NCBI RefSeq assembly: GCF_018977255.1
Contig: NW_024704742.1
Span: 51,462,001 to 51,526,000, forward strand
Source of the DNA: Callorhinchus milii
Lineage: Eukaryota
Direction of reading: 5' to 3'
DNA: 64,000 bases
Translations under genes and position numbers: made by a program
Shown here: positions 1-10,515 of the stretch, in pieces
Layout: each line of letters starts with the position of its first letter
Position numbering within the stretch: the first letter of the stretch is position 1
The notes under the pieces: generated by a model
Database searches by the model: none
Told to the model about the DNA's origin: nothing
Seen by the model: the letters and a program-made list of their open reading frames with translations, nothing else

Positions 1-83
1 GCTGGGCTTCAGGAATTGATCGAAAATGTATTTGACATACAATGGGGTGAAAGATGCTTGTTTCCTTACAGATTCAATGTGAT

Positions 84-492
84 CAACAACACCAACAAAA
101 TTACATTTGTAAAGCGCCTCTCACATCGGGAGGACGTCCCAAGGCGTTGGACAGACAACCAGTGTTTCAGAGCCGAGCTGGGGATCGGGAATGGGGAGGG
201 TAGAGGGCAGGCGGTGAAGGAGGGTGATTGAAGGCAGAGTTGAAGAGGAGAGTCTTGAGATGGGTCTTGAAGGAGTGCAAGGCAGGGGATGAGGCGGAGG
301 GACTAAGGGATGGAGTTCCAGAGAGTGGCGGTGGAGCAGGCGGGGGACATGAAACAGGACAGAACCCATTAAGTGGAAGGAGGGAGCAGGTTGGTAGGTT
401 GTTAGGAGGTCACAGAGGTAGGGAGAGCGAGGCCATGGAAGGCTTTGAAGGTGAGGATCAGGATCTTGATGTGTATCCTCTGTGTGGTGGGA
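84..492 (-). mobile_element. L2-clade LINE 3' fragment
   Basis: Reverse complement of the tail and pyrimidine-rich 3' region seen in the longer L2 at 44110-45535 (gggacgtcctcccgatgtga...tacaaatgtaattttgttg). Confidence 0.8.
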
Positions 493-634
493 TCACATCA
501 AATCTGTAATGAAAATCACATTTTAATCACTGTGCATATAAATGTAGTGATGACTGGGAATTGGGGAATTTCTGAGATTCTCCTGGCACTTTCTTTCAAA
601 TATTTGAATCAAACCATTGTTGTGTCTTTTGCAG

Positions 635-769
635 GCTGAGAGCTGCTCAGGAGCAAGCCAGGTGTTACAGACTGAAAGTGGATTTATTGGATGACTACGA
701 GCGGCAGGTCAGACATCTGAAGGATGAAGTCGGATTTCTAAATGCAGAGAAATCCATGCTTCAGGACAG
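635..769 (+). CDS. SPATA18: SPATA18/Mieap internal coding exon (coiled-coil region); gene begins upstream of the window
   Basis: Acceptor tgtcttttgcag|G and donor GACAG|gtagag. 135 nt, phase 2-2, reads LRAAQEQARCYRLKVDLLDDYERQVRHLKDEVGFLNAEKSMLQDR and is in frame with the next exon. Confidence 0.85.
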
Positions 770-780
770 GTAGAGTAGCG

Positions 781-1005
781 CATAAGATCTCAAGATTGAT
801 TCAGATGAAGGCCATTCAGCCTTCACCGGAATTTCCCACAATACTGTCCTGCCATCATGGCATCAAATTGTTTTTTAAATGAGTCCAACGTCCCGCCTCA
901 TCTATTCTTGCTGGTAACTTGTTGCAGTTGCTAATTACACTCAGGGTAAAGAAATACTTATCTGTGTCTTGTGAGATCAGCTCCAACTTTACACATGTTT
1001 ACCTA
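781..1005 (-). mobile_element. Degraded CR1 LINE 3' fragment
   Basis: gaaggccattcagcc (reverse complement of the CR1 3' UTR ggctgaatggcc) plus decayed ORF2 C-terminal sequence. Confidence 0.55.
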
Positions 1006-1239
1006 TTGAGGAGCACTTTGGTTTGGCTTCCATGAAACAAGTGAATTTTCCTTCTTGAGGTTTTTGGACGAGGAGCAGAATGTGGTTTGACTTCAGGAAT
1101 TGGATGGTCTTAATCTGCGCCAGGTTTTCTCAGCTGAAGCTGATTCCTGGACTCAAGTATTCCAACAGTACCCAAAGTGTGCTTTGTAAAGTGATTTGTT
1201 AACACAGAAGCGTTGGTCTTTGCCATTGTGGTGTGTGAT

Positions 1240-1438
1240 ATAATAATAATAATAATAATCCTTGCATTTTGATATAGCGCTTTCACGTCGGGAGGACGTC
1301 CCAAAGCGCTTCACAGAACACACTGTCAAGTGAATTGACTGTATATTTGTGGGCGAACGCGGCAGCCAATTGCGCACAGCAATGTCCCACAAACAGTCGT
1401 AGATTGAAAATGACCAATTTATTATTGTTTTGGTTTTG
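1240..1438 (-). mobile_element. Young tRNA-Ala SINE (subfamily A), 5'-truncated, intronic
   Basis: Near-identical to the 3' half of the full copies at 6519 and 58321; (TTA)n tail. Confidence 0.92.
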
Positions 1439-1472
1439 ATATCTCTGATGCTGGTGGTCGCTTTTCTTTTAG

Positions 1473-1683
1473 AATCTCAGGGCGTCGTTCACCCATCCCT
1501 TTCCAATCTCTGACCACCCATTCACCATCCCACGCTAAGATGACCTGTGGTTCTCGCCACGCTCGGCTGGTTTCACGCTTCGGCAATCTTTATGCCAATG
1601 AACGACTGAACACACAAAACGCCCTCAGACGCTACGTTGATGACCTAGAAATGGTGCAGAAAATAATATTCATTGCCACCACG
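1473..1683 (+). CDS. SPATA18: SPATA18/Mieap coding exon
   Basis: cttttcttttag|A ... ACG|gtaagt. Reads ISGRRSPIPFQ...RHARLVSRFGNLYANERLNTQNALRRYVDDLEMVQKIIFIATT, resembling Mieap [39 protein letters not shown]. Confidence 0.95.
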
Positions 1684-1794
1684 GTAAGTAGAGACTGATG
1701 GTGGAAAAAGCCACTGCAGCAAACCTTAACACCAGACGATTAGCTCCATTGGAGATTCAGAGAGTCAGCTTCAAGTCCCAGTGATCAGTCAAAA

Positions 1795-1916
1795 GTCTTT
1801 TTAAAAACTCAGCTTTCCAATTATAAATGAATTTAAGAATTTTTCACAGTTCTGCACAATCTTAAATTTTAAGACAAATGGTCATCCAGGATAAGATTAG
1901 ATGGAATTTGGGGTCT
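1795..1916. mobile_element. AT-rich fold-back (MITE-like) element arm
   Basis: tttaagaatttt...tctgcacaatcttaaattttaagacaaa...ggaatttggggtct recurs, in either orientation, at 3729, 30610, 46836 and 47168. Confidence 0.6.
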
Positions 1917-1959
1917 TTGAACTCAATCTAAACTACACTTAATGTCTATTTATATGGAA

Positions 1960-2170
1960 CACGATAAGTTAGAAGAAGTTATTTTTACATAGAAGATTGT
2001 TAGCCCTTCAAGAAGCTGTTCATGTGAAGGGTACTATATAAATGCAAGTTGTTCCTGGTGTTGTTGCAGGAACATGGAATTCCCTACCTGGAGATATTGG
2101 TTGAGGAATATTTCATATTAGCTTTTGGGAAGGAATTAGAAAAATATCTGAAGAGGATAAATATACAAGG
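1960..2170 (+). mobile_element. CR1 ORF2 C-terminal fragment interrupted by an L2/SINE tail (~2005-2068)
   Basis: Decayed FFT.R.V...WNSLP-like sequence split by gaagggtactatataaatgcaagttgtt. Confidence 0.6.
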
Positions 2171-2284
2171 CAGGATTTCATGTACTATACAAAGATATTT
2201 TTTTCTTTCCAAGGCCAAATCCAAGACATTTTCTAATGAGCTTCTCTGCTTATCACATCTCCCTGCCTATCCTGAAAGTATTTT

Positions 2285-2309
2285 ATGTGTGTGTGTGTGT
2301 GTGTGTGTG
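2285..2309 (+). repeat. (TG)n microsatellite
   Basis: Direct observation. Confidence 0.95.
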
Positions 2310-2399
2310 GCGGTGGGTGGGGGGCTATAATTCCAAGGGTTTGGAACATCCGCTAGTACCTTGACTAAGTGGTAGTATTTTGTTGATGATCCTAGAGAG

Positions 2400-2652
2400 T
2401 TAGTGAGTGTCCGTGTGCTGTGAGACATGTGAAGTATCAGAGCCAACTCCAACCCTGTTCTAGCCTGACATTCACGCGTGTATTTTCCAGCAGTGACTAG
2501 TGGGTACTAATTAGGTGTGGGAACTGTAATTTCCTGCCCCCTTTCTTTGCACCCTTATCTTCAAGCCAATGAGGCCTATTAAGGCTTCTGAAATTTTCCA
2601 ACTGAGACTCCTTTTCAGATTAAACTAATTCAATATAAATAAGGATTTGAAT
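2400..2652 (-). mobile_element. LF-SINE-like relic in a SPATA18 intron
   Basis: Degenerate match to the remembered LF-SINE reverse complement (gccaa..cc..tcctg...gacattcac...ttccagcag...tgaggcc.att...ctgagat); collinear with the copy at 35935. Confidence 0.5.
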
Positions 2653-2848
2653 AACTTTTTTTGGCCACAACAAAAGCTCATTACAATTGGCAATAATTCT
2701 TGTCAACCACTTTGAGATATGTCCATGTGTAATGTGTATAAAATCCTGTATAGCGCTTTGAGGCTTTTTGATGTGTAAGGCATATCAAAATGCAAGTTCT
2801 TCCTTTTCTTGTTTCTCACCCGAGTATTGCTTATCATTTTGAATGTAG

Positions 2849-3007
2849 GAAGCATTCAGTGTGGCCAAGGCAGCTTTCCGACAGTTCAAACAGCGAGTGA
2901 GGAAAAACTTTTCGCTCTCTAACCTCGGACCGGAGTCCCTGGATGATGCTATAATGGATTACATCGTTCGCAACCTGGATCTCTACGATGTCCAGGCCAG
3001 CGTCACT
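2849..3007 (+). CDS. SPATA18: SPATA18/Mieap coding exon
   Basis: gaatgtag|GAA ... ACT|gtacgt. 159 nt, reads EAFSVAKAAFRQFKQRVRKNFSLSNLGPESLDDAIMDYIVRNLDLYDVQASVT. Confidence 0.96.
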
Positions 3008-3415
3008 GTACGTATGAGTGAAAATCTACTGAAAGTTGCATCAAGCATGTTGCAGGAAGTCTTAACTAACACAAGATTCCTGTTGCTTGTTCAGCCAAGA
3101 TCATTCTACTTTTCAGGGCTCTGGCTTGCAGCGGGAAGTCTTGTACACCAAAGTGTCCTTCTATTTATAGTAGTTTCCCTTACTTTTATTTCTATATTTT
3201 TAATAATTATTTTCAATTTAACTTAGTAAAGGTAGCGACTTGTGGAGGTTGTAACAGTTGTCAGGAAGGGCAATAGAAGATAGGACACTGGATTTGTTTA
3301 AGAAAACACATGTTGTCACAACGGGAATAGGCTAGAGTTGGTATTCTGGAAGAATGAGATTAAATGGGCCGAAGGACCTCCTTCATCTGAAATCTTGTGA
3401 CTCATGTTCCTACAG

Positions 3416-3591
3416 GATGTGATCCGAAGCATGAACGTCAATCCGAAGATCTCTTTCCCACCCGAGGTTGATTTTGTACTGATCAGTGCTTTTATCCGTG
3501 ACGTGTGCCGTGTAGCCTTTGCAATGCAAACACTGGAGCCAACACTTGACATCGCCTTTGCAACAGATGGTGAACTCTTCAGTGAGAACAA
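3416..3591 (+). CDS. SPATA18: SPATA18/Mieap coding exon (MIEAP C-terminal domain)
   Basis: cctacag|GAT ... AA|gtgagt. Reads [59 protein letters not shown], close to Mieap [16 protein letters not shown]. Confidence 0.97.
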
Positions 3592-3728
3592 GTGAGTACA
3601 TTCTCCATGCTATGACAATGATTAAAAACTATTGAGAAATAGTAGTGTTGCAAAATGGTCATGCAGCTTCCTATGATCTGTATTAAATCCTGGATCATTT
3701 AAACATTGTACGATATTTAGAAAGACTG

Positions 3729-3960
3729 AGACCCAAACTTCCACCTAGTCTTAGGACATTTTGTCTGAAAATTTAAGATTGCACAGAGTTGTGCAACATT
3801 CTTAAATTCAGTCTTCATTTGGAAGCTGTTTTTCAGGATTTCTCAAAAGAATCAGCTATAAAATACAGACTGAATTGATTTCTGCATAAATCTTAAATTA
3901 AAATTTAAGATGAATTGCACTGCGGATAATAGGATTTATCTGCAAGACAATGTTGTACAG
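3729..3960. mobile_element. AT-rich fold-back (MITE-like) element
   Basis: Starts agacccaaacttccacctagtctt, the reverse complement of the end of the 1795-1916 copy; internal aaatttaagattg motifs. Confidence 0.6.
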
Positions 3961-4039
3961 TTTTCAGGAATCTGAGATAATCTAATACTGTAAATTGAAA
4001 CACTTGAGTAGGCAATGCACAACTGTAGTAATAAGGAAA

Positions 4040-4415
4040 TCAACATAGGATTGATTATTGAATTAAGGAAAATGTGTTTAAGATTATGAAAAGATTCAAT
4101 AAGATGAACTTTGATAAGATATTTCTGCTTGTTGGTGAGTCCAAAAGGAGAGTGCATAAATGTAAAATGGCTAGTATTAGACCTAATACGGAGTTTAGGA
4201 CGTACTTAGGACGTGAGAATTTGGAACTAATTGCTGGAAGCTGGGGGGAAAAAAAAGGATCAATGTATTTAAGAGGAAACTTGATGCATATGTGAGGGAG
4301 AAGGGGAATAAGAAGGAGAAGGGGTGGAAGAAAGTGTGAAGTATAAAGACTGGCACAGACAAGTTGGGCCAAATGGCCCAATTCCGAACCATTTCCTTCT
4401 GTGTATTTTTTATGT
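4040..4415 (+). mobile_element. CR1 LINE 3' fragment
   Basis: FKIMKRFNKMNFDKIFLLVGESKRRVHKCK (decayed CR1 ORF2 C-terminus) and the 3' UTR motif gggccaaatggcc. Confidence 0.8.
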
Positions 4416-4552
4416 CTGGAGTGACAACAAGAATAAGATAAATTTTGACAGGAATGCTGGTTCCTTACTTGCGTTTCATGGTGCAGATGGATTGTAAGAC
4501 ACTGTGTATTTCAAACTTCAAAGTATGTAAAATATTTTATTATTTGAACCAG

Positions 4553-4676
4553 GTATCGCCGTAGCTATGATTCTGACTTTACTGCACCTCTAGTGGTTTA
4601 CCACATCTGGCCAGCTCTGATGGAAAATGACTACGTCATTGCTAAGGGGGAGGTGTTCACAAAGAGAGGAGCTCTG
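4553..4676 (+). CDS. SPATA18: SPATA18/Mieap coding exon
   Basis: gaaccag|G ... CTG|gtgagt. Reads [41 protein letters not shown], a characteristic Mieap motif. Confidence 0.97.
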
Positions 4677-5499
4677 GTGAGTAAAGTCATTTAAAACCTA
4701 GAGTTGATGGTTGCGAGAAATATCTTTTTAATAGAGTATTAACGTTTTTAATAGAGTAACCTGGCAGTAAAGTTCCCATTTCACAAAGAACAAAACATTC
4801 ATGTCTGAAGGCAAAGTAATCCAATTCGGAGCCGCATTTGGGTTAACTCAGCAAGTACCCGAATCCATATCAGCAAAATCACACTGACTTTAAAAGTACT
4901 TACACTACACTTTTATGAGCAGGGGACAGTGTGAACCGTCTGAGTAAAGACAATTCTTTGTAATGGTGATTCTGTGTAGAACCATAGCATCTATATGATA
5001 ATATTAATAACATTATTATTAACAACTAATACTTCCCAAGTATCTAATTCATCTCCCTTTTAAACATTGCAATTGATGCTGGGGAATGTTTAGACTACTA
5101 CAATTTCACAATACGATAACTACTATTGTGCCTACATCACCCAGTGCAAGTTAGTTACACAGCACGTATGTGGCCTGAGTTTGTATAAAATGGTGCTTCT
5201 ATACAGTGTCCATAAGAGATACTCGTCTGATGTCAACACAATTATTTTGTAAGTTGTGATTTATTACTTGGGCACATCACACAGTGAGGCTTTTGTGATT
5301 AGAGTAGAATGTTGAATTTAGCAACATGCTAATAGGATTAGTACCATTTAGCCCAGTCCTGGCAGAGATTACAGCATATCTTTTAATGCCATATCTCCTC
5401 ATCTCTCCACCTTTACATCCCAGGTGTTTATCTGTTTCCCTTTTAAAAGAATAGGTGCTTTTACATTTACACATAACCAATGTGTTTCTATTGATTTAG

Positions 5500-5574
5500 T
5501 GGTCACCAAGGAAAAGCCGGAGCAGAAGTGTCAGTCCTGTTCGTTCTCGCTCTTCCAGCCCGACCCGTGCCCTG
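5500..5574 (+). CDS. SPATA18: SPATA18/Mieap coding exon (RS-rich tail)
   Basis: gatttag|TGG ... CTG|gtatgt. 75 nt, reads WSPRKSRSRSVSPVRSRSSSPTRAL. Confidence 0.9.
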
Positions 5575-5871
5575 GTATGTCATTTTAAATTGACCCTTTC
5601 TATGCCTGTAATAATATCCTACTACTTCGGGCTTTGACCTGCAGTGCTAACAGTGATTCTTCCCATTTAGTGTATATTAGCCCTGTAAACTAATACCCTA
5701 CCGGGTAGGGTGGTCCTAGCAGAGCAAGCGGTGGGGAGCTTACAAGTGCTCGCAATAGTAAGCTGTGCAGTTCGAATTGGTGAAACTCCAACAATATCCA
5801 AAGGTACAGTAGGTGGCTCCTCAAGCTTTTGCTTTTAACAACCTTCACCTAAATTCTCCAGGATTAGGTAA

Positions 5872-6310
5872 GCAACAAATTATATTTAAAAAGCACCTTT
5901 CATGTCGGGAGGGTGTCCCAAGGCACTGGACAATCAAAGGTTTGGGCATGAGCTGGGGGTTGGATTCGGGGGGTGGAGGGCAACGGTGTGGGAGTAGGGA
6001 GGGGAAGATGACCAAAGACGCCATCAAAGAGAAAGATCTTCAGACAGACCTTGAAGGGGAGAGTCGAAAGGATTTGGGGTTGGGCAGAGTGGGGGAATGT
6101 GAAGCAGGATAGTGCTTGTTGAAAGGAGGGAGTGTTAGTAGGGTTTAAGAGGGTCATGGAGATAGGGTGGGACAAGACCGTGGTGAGATTTACAATTGAG
6201 GACAGGACCTTGTACACAATCCTTTGGAGGATGTGGAGCTCATGGAGCCAGGTGAGGATAGGGGTGATAGGCTCACAAAGCTTAGTAAGGGAGAGGACAC
6301 GAGCTGCAGA
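5872..6310 (-). mobile_element. L2 LINE 3' fragment
   Basis: L2 tail plus reverse-strand remnant of ITP.L..LH.L....V.YK.L. coding sequence. Confidence 0.8.
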
Positions 6311-6518
6311 ATTATAATAATAATCCTTGCATTTGATATAGCGCCTTCGAGATGTCTCAAATATTTATAACTTACAATATTTGAAAAAGGGTTAATTCTA
6401 ATCATCTCTTCCAACCCTGTGAGGAGATGGTGTTTCAATCTAAGGCTAATTTATTGCACTTTAGCAGCTTATGGAAATCTCAATAAATACTTCAGATCCT
6501 CTTTGCAATTGTCATGAA

Positions 6519-6842
6519 GTGGAGTCCTGTAGCTCAGTGGTTAGAGCACTCGCTTTGCAAGCGAGAGACCTGAGTTCAATTCCAGGCAGGGCGAAACCTT
6601 GGGCAAGTTTCCTTACTCCACACAGAGCCTAATAATAATCCCTCCAAAAACAAAACAATAATAAATTGGTCATTTTCAATCTACGACTGTTTGTGGGACA
6701 TTGCTGTGCACAATTGGCTGCCGCGTTCACCCACAAATATACAGTCAATTCACTTTACAGTGTATTCTGTGAAGTGCTTTGAGACGTCCTCCCAATGTGA
6801 AAAGCGCTATATCAAATGCAAGGATTATTATTATTTATTATA
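6519..6842 (+). mobile_element. Full-length young tRNA-Ala(TGC) SINE, subfamily A, intronic
   Basis: A box TAGCTCAGTGG, anticodon arm ctcgc-tttgcaa-gcgag, B box GTTCAATTCC, Deu-type 3' block, L2-type tail, (TTA)n. Confidence 0.95.
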
Positions 6843-6954
6843 ATTGCAAGCAGTTAGTACTGTGTTATTTGTATTGATTTTGCTGTGTTCCATCTCAGTG
6901 GGTAATAGAACATAAAAGACTAAGGCCTAATTTTTCTTATTGTGTCTTTTATAG

Positions 6955-7003
6955 TCATCACGAAGCCGCAGCCCCTCCCCAATCAGACGAAGCATTAGCC
7001 CCA
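6955..7003 (+). CDS. SPATA18: SPATA18/Mieap penultimate coding exon
   Basis: tcttttatag|TCA ... CCCA|gtaagt. Reads SSRSRSPSPIRRSISP, resembling Mieap MSRSRSPSPIR. Confidence 0.9.
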
Positions 7004-7981
7004 GTAAGTGTGAACAACCTTTAACAGGACAATCCGCAATGGGGTCGGGTGCGTTTTTTGACTGTTTGACCTAAGCCATGAAAATATCCCTGACTGCGCT
7101 CGGGGGACTTTATGGAGGAGCTTCATTTAAGCTTTGGCTTGCTTTATTCACGTTCATTTAACCTTTGGGTTTGGATTTAAATTTGAAAATGAGCCCATTT
7201 CCCATCCTCTTAGAAACCAGAGTAATTGGATAATGCACAACTGCTGCTCTCCTATCTGAAAGTATTTTACATTAGAGATTGCAACTCAAAATCAAGGAAA
7301 CTGGACTTTATTCCTCTTGAATCAGAAGCATAAATAGCTGCAGGTCCACTATGCAACAAATAAGTTTCCAGCTAAAATTAAAATTATTCTACTGCAGCAA
7401 AAAAAAACTTGTCCATTATTTTCGGATGTCCTCCTGAACATGGAAGGGTGCTATATGTAATGCAATTTGATGTTGTTGTGACACTAACTGTGTCATCGGC
7501 AGATGGTTTAAACAGGAGTTTCTTGTACTAAATTATACAAAAGTATTTTACAGTTGCAGATGCAATAAAATTAGGTATTTTAAAACACTGGATTGATTTA
7601 ACCTCCACTCCTCCTTCAGAGTATCTTTGAAAATACACTGATTAATGACCTGATATAGCTACTAATTTTGTGCTGCAAATATTCACAATGAATTTTCATT
7701 CATTACTTCCATTCACTATTTCCTTTCATACAAAATGTTGTGCATTTTGTTCCAGTAACAAAACACCTGACTGAAATTACAAGCCCTGGTGCTTAATGGT
7801 TTCCAGCTATCCTTGTGCATTTTGCTTTTCTCGACATATGTCTTTGTATCTTTCTAATTTATTGAACCTTTGTGTCAGATGAGATGACTCACATAAACTA
7901 CCATGAGATTACTTAGAAACTCGGACATCTTCACCAAGGAAAACAAGACTGTATTTTAATTTCTTTCTCTGTTTTTAACAG

Positions 7982-7989
7982 GACATTGA
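7982..7989 (+). CDS. SPATA18: SPATA18/Mieap terminal exon, coding part (R-H-stop), followed by 3' UTR
   Basis: Long pyrimidine tract tttctttctctgtttttaacag|GA CAT TGA completes the phase-1 codon (AGA). This parallels the human C-terminus PRF-stop. Confidence 0.75.
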
Positions 7990-9200
7990 AGGTTAATGAT
8001 TTAGTGGATTTCTGAAGGCACAGATGGAAACGGATATTTTCAGCACAGGAGGGCAGCACAGAATTCAGTCCGTCGTGTCTGTGCCAATGCAACTTGTTTT
8101 TCTAACATGCTTTTTTTTATTAATCCATATATATATATAACCTGATCGCAATTACATGATAACATTACTCTCAGCTAAAGAGAGGTTCTTAGATACCCTG
8201 TGACACTAAAAGTAACTTAATTGAAGCAATGATAAAAGTATTTTCTCTTCTCTTATTGTTTGTGCTTAGCATGTGTTTTATAATTCTCAGTTATTAAACA
8301 CATCGCTGGCACAATATCATCTTCTGGCTTTGTTTATGAATTGAATTTTGTGGTCAAAATACACAATCTATTCCTGATTTCTGTGGTCGCTTTGATCACA
8401 CAAGACCTTTATAATGGCACAAAATGGCCATTTGCTAAAGGGATGGAACAAAATTGAGGCCCATTCTCCTCTTTAATTTGTGGTGTCACACTTTTTCCTT
8501 TGAATGACTGAGACCTTTGTTGTTTTTTTCCCCGACTTGAATACTGCACTCAGCCCGGTTTACCTACTAAAGTCAGGGCTGTGTGTGTCTGAATATGGTG
8601 CTGTATGTAACACACAGGAAAATCATTTAAGAATTGACTGAAATTTGAGGTGTTTTATAATAGATCAGAAGCTTCTGATAGGCTGATTTTAGTTATATTT
8701 AGAAAATTGGATTTTTTTTCTTGATTATGTTTCTGTCCTAACACTAGAGACATCAGATGTAGGAGTTGTTAGAAGCTTGTGAACTAAAGGTGGTGTTAGA
8801 TTGACCCAATAAAACAAAGGGTCAATAAGGAACTTTCACTTCATTTGTTGATATATGTTTCATGTGCTCTGTTGTAGTAACCTTCTTGGATCCTTGATAT
8901 CACTGATAGGAACATCATTGGACAATGCAGCACACTGATCTGATGAGGCTAGTGAAAAAGGAATAAACAATAGAGTGAAATTTATTTCACTGGAGAACAA
9001 CCAAACATTTCCAATTATTTCCAATTATATTTCCAATTATACCACATTTCTAATTATGTTAACAAATATTTTCTTGTTTTCATTTTTAGGTTTCTTCCTG
9101 CTGATTTGTACTGCTCTAGTTTTCCCAGTTTTCTTTAGAAGCCCAATTTAAGGTTATAGTCTCACTTCATATCCTAATAAAAAATTGTTTTGTTTTATCC
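7990..9200 (+). other. SPATA18: Probable SPATA18 3' UTR with candidate poly(A) signals
   Basis: Repeat-free AU-rich stretch after the stop. ATTAAA 8293, AATAAA 8808, 8962 and 9176 (the last followed by a GT/T-rich tract). The true 3' end is unknown. Confidence 0.45.
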
Positions 9201-9359
9201 ACTGGCAACAAGACAATAGTCTTCCTCTAAGTGTGCTTGTTCCTATTGGGTGGTTTTATTAGTTACGAATCCCAGCTATCATTAAATGTGCCTTCCATGA
9301 CTGACTTGCCCAGAAAACATAAAGCAATATAACTATCAGAGTATGTAATAGATGTCATC

Positions 9360-9755
9360 CTGACTGGGTTGGCAAAACTCTTGCATCTTGTCCAGAAGGT
9401 TGTGGGTTCAAGCCCCATGTAGTGACTTTGAAGTCCTGGTCTAGGCTTACATTCCAATACAGTGCTAGTGTTGTGTTGTCAGAGGTGCTGTCCTTCGGAT
9501 GAGACTTTAAACCAAAGCCCCGTCTGCCATTCAGGTGGACGTTAAAGATCTTATGACACTAGGAGTTGCTACAAGTGTTGTGGCCAACAATCCTCTAGAT
9601 AAAATTTGTCATTCACTTCATGGCTATTAGTGGGACATTGCTGTGTGCAAATTTGCTGCTGCAATTACCTACAAATACATAAGTCACCAAATTTTGTGAA
9701 GTGCTTTGATACATTATAGGTATTACTCTATCAAATACAAGGATTAGTATTATGT
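9360..9755 (+). mobile_element. Older SacSINE1-like DeuSINE, near full length
   Basis: gaaggttgtgggttcaagcccc head, ccttcggatgagac.ttaaacc...ttcaggtggacgttaaagatc Deu domain, and L2-type tail. Confidence 0.85.
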
Positions 9756-10159
9756 TAACCCAGGCACCAGTGCAATGAAAGAACAGAAATATTAAAAATA
9801 AACTGCACTGCTTAGACCTCTGTAAATTGTGAGCTCTATAATCCGATAATTGTTTTCCAACCATCGGTGATAATTCTGTGACTCAAATGTATATGTACAA
9901 CTTTGTCTTGTTTACTTGTTTTCAGTTAAACCTTTTATCCTGCACAACAGCACTTTCAGTCGTGATTATAGGGGCATCCAAGTCAAAAGATGTGACTAAA
10001 CCAAGCCTAAGTGAGTTCCCACTGTAATTTATGATTATTGAAGGTGAAAGTGGGTCTTCTCGTACCACAGTCAACCCTTCACTTTGATTATTGACTTGCA
10101 TTTGAATTAAATTTACTCTTTCATTTTCTTACTTGTATTTTTAAAAGAAATGAAGAAAG

Positions 10160-10515
10160 AACGTGGTGGTGCATTGTGTTAGCACCCTAGCCTTTCAAAC
10201 TGGTGATGTAGAGTCTACATTGTTTCTTGATTGTAAGTGAATTAGGGCAAATCCTTATTGTGTGTGGGCTCACAGCACAAACTCCCTCAGAATTGGCATC
10301 GATTTGGCCTTGAGACTCGGTGGCTGGTTTGGGAAGCAGGTGCTCTCCTGAGGTATGGGGCTCAGGCAAAGTAAAGAAAAGCTTTTCACTGAATCTAATG
10401 GTGCTGGATCTGGCCTGGAAAAACTTGATACTAACCCCTAAGTGACAACATGGAAAAATAAATGTCCCGTTTCCAGTGATTACCTCTCCCTTCCTTGATG
10501 AGCACAGAAAAAAAA
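10160..10515 (+). mobile_element. Ancient tRNA-headed SINE (tentatively AmnSINE2/LmeSINE2-like)
   Basis: Head gttagcacc..gcctttca, ends cttgatgagcacagaaaaaaaa. A related head occurs at 16140-16310. Confidence 0.4.

Noticed and set aside
3008..3226. Hydrophobic, TM-like extension of ORF 2861-3226
   Set aside because: It is read-through into a T-rich intron after the donor at 3008; Mieap similarity resumes at 3416. An intron-retention isoform cannot be supported from sequence alone.
6519..6595. tRNA-Ala(TGC)-like cloverleaf here and at 12560, 30250, 54420 and 58330
   Set aside because: Each continues directly into a SINE body and tail, so these are SINE heads rather than tRNA genes.
8940..8958. 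CTGATGA...GAAA hammerhead-like core in the putative 3' UTR
   Set aside because: The intervening ggctagt cannot form stem II, and no stems I or III are evident.
9005..9056. Four imperfect copies of tttccaatta
   Set aside because: Ordinary slippage minisatellite with no unique spacers; not CRISPR-like. Similar short duplications occur at 4724, 17992, 19667 and 60333.
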